From an uncultured bacterium (GTDB lineage Bacteria; CAYJRR01): DNA of 35,538 nt. Position 1 is the stretch's first letter. Every line of letters starts with the position of its first letter. Where the stretch lies: the NCBI GenBank assembly GCA_964372275.1, contig CAYJRR010000038.1, forward strand, positions 1 through 35,538, written 5' to 3'. The notes under the pieces are model-generated. The model was not told the DNA's origin. It searched no databases and saw only the letters and a list, made by a program, of their open reading frames with translations. Below, in pieces: positions 28,840 to 35,538 of the stretch. Position numbers and translations under genes: made by a program.

Positions 28840-29380
28840 ATGTCCGCCCCGCCGTCCGGCGACTCGCTCGAGAAGTTCCTCGCGTTTCAGCGCGAGGTGA
28901 ATCGCCTCTTTCGCCGGATCTTCGAAGAGGGGAGTGGCGGGCGGTCGTTCGACGGCGACGGGGTGATAGCGCGAGCGAACGTGTCGGAAGGGGTTGATCG
29001 GCTGGTGGTCGAGATCGAGACCCCCGGCGTGCCGCGCGACGCCTTGAGCCTGTGGGTCAGCCGCGGGCTGATTGTCGTCGAGGGGGAGAAGCCGGCGGCG
29101 ATCTCCGGCGAGCGCGTCCGCTTCCACTGCATGGAACGGGACGTCGGGCGGTTCCGCCGCGTGCTCGAGATCCCCTGCCCCGTCGACACCGCCGGGATCC
29201 GCGCCCGCTACGCCGCCGGAATCCTCACCATCACCCTCCCCAAGATCGAGGACCGCCGCGGCGAACGCCGCAAGGTCCCCATCGAGGAACCCCGCGACAC
29301 GAAACGGGCGGCAACGCCATCCGGCTCCCGCCGCCGCGCCGCTTCCGTCGGAGCGGCTTCCCCGCAACGACGGAGACGTC

Positions 29381-29388
<8 letters not shown>
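28840..29388 (+). CDS. Small heat-shock protein (Hsp20/alpha-crystallin)
   Basis: 'FQREVNRLF', 'VEIETPGV', '[15 protein letters not shown]', '[14 protein letters not shown]'. Overlaps the lon start by 8 nt. Confidence 0.88.
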
Positions 29389-31846
<2,458 letters not shown>

Positions 31847-31861
31847 AATCCCGGGAGTCCG

Positions 31862-33382
31862 ATGGCGGAACCCGGACCCACCCGAGAGGCCGACGAGCTC
31901 GAGCGACTGAAGAGGTCGCTGGAGCTCGCGCGCGCCGGACAGCAGGAGGCGCTCAAGGCGCTGGAGGCGGCCCGCGCCGCCAAGGCCGACGCCACGCGCG
32001 AGGCGGCCGAGCTGAAGGCCCGCTACCAGGACGCCGAGGCCGAGCTGCTCGCGCTTCAGCGGGCCTCCAACGAGATGATCGCCACCCAGTACCTGGACGA
32101 CGTGCTGCGGAGCATCCTCTCCGGCGTCGAGGAGGGGCTGGGCTACGACCTGGCGCTGCTGATGGTGCTCGACCGCAAGGGGGGCTACTTCTTCGCGCGC
32201 GCGAATCCGGAGAACGTGCTGGTGATCGGCGCCAAGGAGGACGGCGGCGCGGCGATCGACCGCCTGCGGGTCCCGCTCGCGGCCGAGAACGCGCTGGCCC
32301 GCCTCGTCGCGACGCCGACGTTGGCGGTCCACGAATCGGCGGAGCCGCTGCTCCGCGGCGCCGAGCCGGCCGAGGACGCGCGCCGGCTGTGGAACTACCT
32401 CCACGCCAAGGGGATGCGCGCCTTCGCCGCCGTCCCGATGATCGTCCGTGGGGAGGTCGCCGGAAGCCTGATGTGCTGCCGCGCCAAGACGCCGCTCCGC
32501 GAGCGCGAGCGGGAGAGCCTGCAGAACTTCTCCAACCAGGCCGGGATGGCGATCGAGAACGCGCAGCTGGTGAACGACATGCGACGCGTCCGGGACGAGC
32601 TGGCCCAGAACAACGAGACGCTCCGTCGGACGAACGAGAAGCTGATCGAGCTGGAGCGGGCGAAAGAGGTTCTCACCTCGATGCTCGTCCACGACATGAA
32701 GAACCCGCTCACCGGGATCCGCGGCTACCTGGAGCTGCTGCTCGACGAAACGCTGCCCGACAACCTCCGCAACCACGTCAAGATGTCCTACGAATCGTCG
32801 GGTCGCCTGCTCGCCATGGTGCGCGACCTCCTCGACATCTCGAAGATGGAGGCCGGCCGCTTTTCCGTCTCCGCCGAGACGGTCGACCTGATCCCGCTGA
32901 TCGAGGGGGCCCATTCCGAGCAATCGGTGGTGGCGCAACGCCAGTCGAAGTCGATCCGCCTCTCGCTCCACCCGGACCTACCCTTGATCAAGGGGGACGG
33001 CGACCTGATCGGCCGGGTGATCGCCAACCTGCTCTCCAACTCGGTCAAACACACGCCGCAGGGATCGACGATCGAGCTGTCCGCCCGACCCGCGGCGTTG
33101 CATCCCGGGAGCCCCGGCGACGCCGCCGTCGTCCTCGGATTCGCCGACAACGGCGAGGGGATTCCGCCGGAGTTCCACGAGAAGATCTTCGAGAAGTACA
33201 CCTCCCTCGAGCCGCGCTCCTCCAAGAGCGCGCCGAAGATGTCGACCGGTCTGGGACTGACCTTCTGCAAGATGGCGGTCGAGGCGCACGGCGGAAAGTT
33301 GTGGTTGCAGAGCGAGCCGGGAAAAGGAGCGACCTTCTGGGTGGCGCTGCCGGAGGCGCCGCCACAGGCAGCGGCGGGGTGA
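31862..33382 (+). CDS. Cytoplasmic sensor histidine kinase (coiled coil, GAF, HisKA, HATPase)
   Basis: GAF end 'NQAGMAIENAQL', H-box 'VHDMKNPL', N-box 'NLLSNSVKH', 'DNGEGI', 'TGLGL'. No TM segment seen. Confidence 0.92.
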   Translation: MAEPGPTREADELERLKRSLELARAGQQEALKALEAARAAKADATREAAELKARYQDAEAELLALQRASNEMIATQYLDDVLRSILSGVEEGLGYDLALLMVLDRKGGYFFARANPENVLVIGAKEDGGAAIDRLRVPLAAENALARLVATPTLAVHESAEPLLRGAEPAEDARRLWNYLHAKGMRAFAAVPMIVRGEVAGSLMCCRAKTPLRERERESLQNFSNQAGMAIENAQLVNDMRRVRDELAQNNETLRRTNEKLIELERAKEVLTSMLVHDMKNPLTGIRGYLELLLDETLPDNLRNHVKMSYESSGRLLAMVRDLLDISKMEAGRFSVSAETVDLIPLIEGAHSEQSVVAQRQSKSIRLSLHPDLPLIKGDGDLIGRVIANLLSNSVKHTPQGSTIELSARPAALHPGSPGDAAVVLGFADNGEGIPPEFHEKIFEKYTSLEPRSSKSAPKMSTGLGLTFCKMAVEAHGGKLWLQSEPGKGATFWVALPEAPPQAAAG

Positions 33383-33391
33383 CGGTCGACC

Positions 33392-34081
33392 ATGGTCCAG
33401 TTCAACAAGGCCGCCCGCGGCGTCGAGATCAAGGTCGTCTACTACGGCCCCGCCCTCTCCGGTAAGACGACCAACCTGCAAAAGCTCCACGAGATGCTGA
33501 AGGCCGATCTCCGTGGCGAGCTCTTGACGCTCAACACCAAGGAGGACCGGACACTCTTCTTCGACCTCTTGCCGGTGCAGATCAAGACACGGTCGGGCTA
33601 TCTGTTGAAGTTGAAGGTCTTCACCGTGCCCGGCCAGGTGCTGCACGACTCGACGCGTCGCGTGGTGCTGCAAGGGGCCGACGGCGTCGTCTTCGTCGCC
33701 GACAGCCAGAAGTCGCAAGCGCGCGGAAACGCCGAGAGCTTCCGCAATCTCTACGACAACCTCACGAAGAACGGGATCCCCACCGACGGCTTCCCGGTGG
33801 TGATGCAGTACAACAAGCGCGACCTCCCTTCGATCAAGTCGGAGGAGGAGGTCCGCCGCTCCTGGGGCGACTTCGGGATCCCGGTCTACCTCGCCACCGC
33901 CATCGACGGCGAGGGGGTCGTCGAGACGTTCGTCCGGCTCGTCGAGATCACCACCCGCTCGCTCAGCAAGAAGCACCGCCTGGAAGAGGCGCTGGGTTTC
34001 GACGTCCGCGATTTCATCACGGCGATTCTCGCCGGCTTCGGCCGCAAGGGCTCCAAGGTCCCGCCGGGGGTCGTCGAATGA
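33392..34081 (+). CDS. MglA-family small GTPase (paralog with C-terminal extension)
   Basis: G1 'YYGPALSGKTTNL', 'DRTLFFD', G3 'TVPGQ', 'GADGVVFVADSQ', G4 'NKRD', G5-like 'ATAIDGEGV'. Confidence 0.9.
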   Translation: MVQFNKAARGVEIKVVYYGPALSGKTTNLQKLHEMLKADLRGELLTLNTKEDRTLFFDLLPVQIKTRSGYLLKLKVFTVPGQVLHDSTRRVVLQGADGVVFVADSQKSQARGNAESFRNLYDNLTKNGIPTDGFPVVMQYNKRDLPSIKSEEEVRRSWGDFGIPVYLATAIDGEGVVETFVRLVEITTRSLSKKHRLEEALGFDVRDFITAILAGFGRKGSKVPPGVVE

Positions 34082-35268
34082 AGCGCGGGAGCGCGCCCGC
34101 CACGGTCGGGCAGACCCCCGGGCTACGGGAGATGGTCGACGTCGCATCGCTCCACCGGCTCTGCAACCGCCTTTCAACGCTGGCCGGCGTCGCGGTCGTG
34201 GTGCGGGACGCGCAGGGAAAGGCGGTCGTGCCGCCGCACGAGGCCGAGGACGGATCGGGCGACGCGCGATCGAAACGCAAGCCCGTCCCCACGCGGCGGT
34301 CCCGCGGCTTCCGCTCCGGCCACGTCACGCGCGCGCTGCGGGCGAATCTCGACGAAGTCGGAGAGGCGGTGATCGCCACCGGCGATGTCGCCGTCGCCGA
34401 CGCCATCGCCGAGGTGCTGGAGCTGTTCCTCTTCGTCTCGCTGAAGAGCCACTACCAGAAGGTGGTACACGAGGCGAGCGTCCAGGACTCGTTCCTGGAG
34501 CTGAAGGCCAAGAACCGCGAGCTGAAGGCGTCGTACGAGAAGCTCAAGGCGCTCGACCTGATGAAGTCGAACTTCCTCGCCACCGTTTCGCACGAGCTCC
34601 GGACGCCGCTCACGTCGATCCTCGGCTACGCCGACATGGTGCTCGGCGAGAAGCTGCGCAGCGGCCCGCGCCGCAACCTGCAACAGATCCTGGTCAAGGG
34701 TGAACAGCTCCTGGAGATGATCAACTCGGTCCTCGACATGTCGAAGATCGAGTCGGGACGCATGGACCTGAAGCTGGAACGGATCGACCTGCGGCGCGTC
34801 GTCGAAGAGTCGATGGGGAGCGTCCGCCCCCAGGCCGCGCAGAAGGGCTTGAAGCTCTCGATCAAGGTCGGCGGCGGAAGCGAGCACCTCGTCGCCGACC
34901 GCGACAAGCTGCGCCAGGTTCTGGTGAACCTGCTTTCCAACGCGGTGAAGTTCACCCCGCACGGCGGCCGGATCGTCCTTTCGACCGCACGCGTGGGCCG
35001 GGGGCCGACGGCGCGCGTGGTGCTGAAGGTCGCCGACAACGGGATCGGCATTCCCGCCGCGCAACAGGACCGCGTCTTCGAGCGCTTCTTCCAGGTCGAC
35101 AACTCCTCGACCCGCCAGTACGGCGGCACCGGACTCGGGCTCGCGATCGCCCGCAACTTCGTCGAGCTCCACGGCGGCGCGATCCGCGTCGAAAGCGAGC
35201 CGGGCCGCGGGACGACGATGATCGTCGAGATCCCGCTGCAAGCCCCCTCCAAGCCGGCGTCGACCTGA
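34078..35268 (+). CDS. Cytoplasmic histidine kinase with short PocR-like N-terminal region
   Basis: 'KSNFLATVSHELRTPLTSI', 'NLLSNAVKFT', 'DNGIGI', 'FFQVD', 'GGTGLGL'. ATGA overlap with the GTPase gene. Confidence 0.92.
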   Translation: MKRGSAPATVGQTPGLREMVDVASLHRLCNRLSTLAGVAVVVRDAQGKAVVPPHEAEDGSGDARSKRKPVPTRRSRGFRSGHVTRALRANLDEVGEAVIATGDVAVADAIAEVLELFLFVSLKSHYQKVVHEASVQDSFLELKAKNRELKASYEKLKALDLMKSNFLATVSHELRTPLTSILGYADMVLGEKLRSGPRRNLQQILVKGEQLLEMINSVLDMSKIESGRMDLKLERIDLRRVVEESMGSVRPQAAQKGLKLSIKVGGGSEHLVADRDKLRQVLVNLLSNAVKFTPHGGRIVLSTARVGRGPTARVVLKVADNGIGIPAAQQDRVFERFFQVDNSSTRQYGGTGLGLAIARNFVELHGGAIRVESEPGRGTTMIVEIPLQAPSKPAST

Positions 35269-35282
35269 AGTAGGATCCCCCC

Positions 35283-35414
35283 ATGGCCAAACGAGTGAAC
35301 AAGACCGCCCGCTACCGCGCCGCCCTCAAGCGCAAGCAGCGCAAGCGCCGCGAACGCGTCTCCCGCCAGAAACGGGTGAAGGGCGGCCGCCGGAATCCCC
35401 GCAAGAAGAAGTAG
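35283..35414 (+). CDS. Small highly basic protein, 43 aa (absent from the ORF track)
   Basis: ATG to TAG: MAKRVNKTARYRAALKRKQRKRRERVSRQKRVKGGRRNPRKKK. Host-like codons (AAG, CGC). TAGGAT lies 6 nt upstream. Confidence 0.7.
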   Translation: MAKRVNKTARYRAALKRKQRKRRERVSRQKRVKGGRRNPRKKK

Positions 35415-35434
35415 GCCGCGGCGGGCCGCGACCG

Positions 35435-35538
35435 CTAGCGGTCCGGATCGTAGTCGTCGTTGGCGATCGTCGTGACCACCTCCCCGAACCGCGCGCTCGC
35501 CGGATCGGTGTCGACGACGTCGATCGCCGACTCCAGGT
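35435..35538 (-). CDS. 3' end of an unidentified gene entering from the right edge
   Basis: Open frame ...LESAIDVVDTDPASARFGEVVTTIANDDYDPDR* with G/C third positions. Confidence 0.55.
   Translation of the reverse strand, partial: LESAIDVVDTDPASARFGEVVTTIANDDYDPDR

Noticed and set aside
33392..34081. Calling the GTPase the canonical motility gene mglA
   Set aside because: No adjacent mglB, a divergent N-terminus and an extra C-terminal segment. Left as a family-level call.

Overview
Very GC-rich, gene-dense bacterial window. Gene content (MglA-family GTPase, receiver/DUF4388/J/TPR protein, diderm-type DnaK) suggests a Myxococcota-like or deltaproteobacterial genome; this is inferred, not verified. 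Left to right: a partial FtsX/MacB-type ABC permease; plsX and an App1-like HAD phosphatase; a nucleoside salvage region (cdd, punA, pdp, BMP-type ABC importer, deoB, mtnA) interrupted by two orphan lipoproteins and a VOC protein; glnE; a pseudo-receiver/MshEN-like/J-like/TPR protein; ilvE; a zinc metalloprotease lipoprotein; grpE-dnaK-dnaJ; a VapBC-type toxin-antitoxin pair; an LpoA-like lipoprotein; hsp20-lon; a histidine kinase - MglA-like GTPase - histidine kinase module with no response regulator or MglB; an unannotated 43-aa basic ORF; and the 3' end of a gene entering from the right. I found no rRNA, tRNA, CRISPR array or transposase. The best candidates for something new are the kinase-GTPase-kinase module, the degenerate J-domain protein, the small basic ORF, a dispersed CCGAT/CCGWAK repeat family at gene 3' ends, and a bidirectional -10 element that implies an ATC start codon. 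All calls come from reading motifs by eye; no searches were run.
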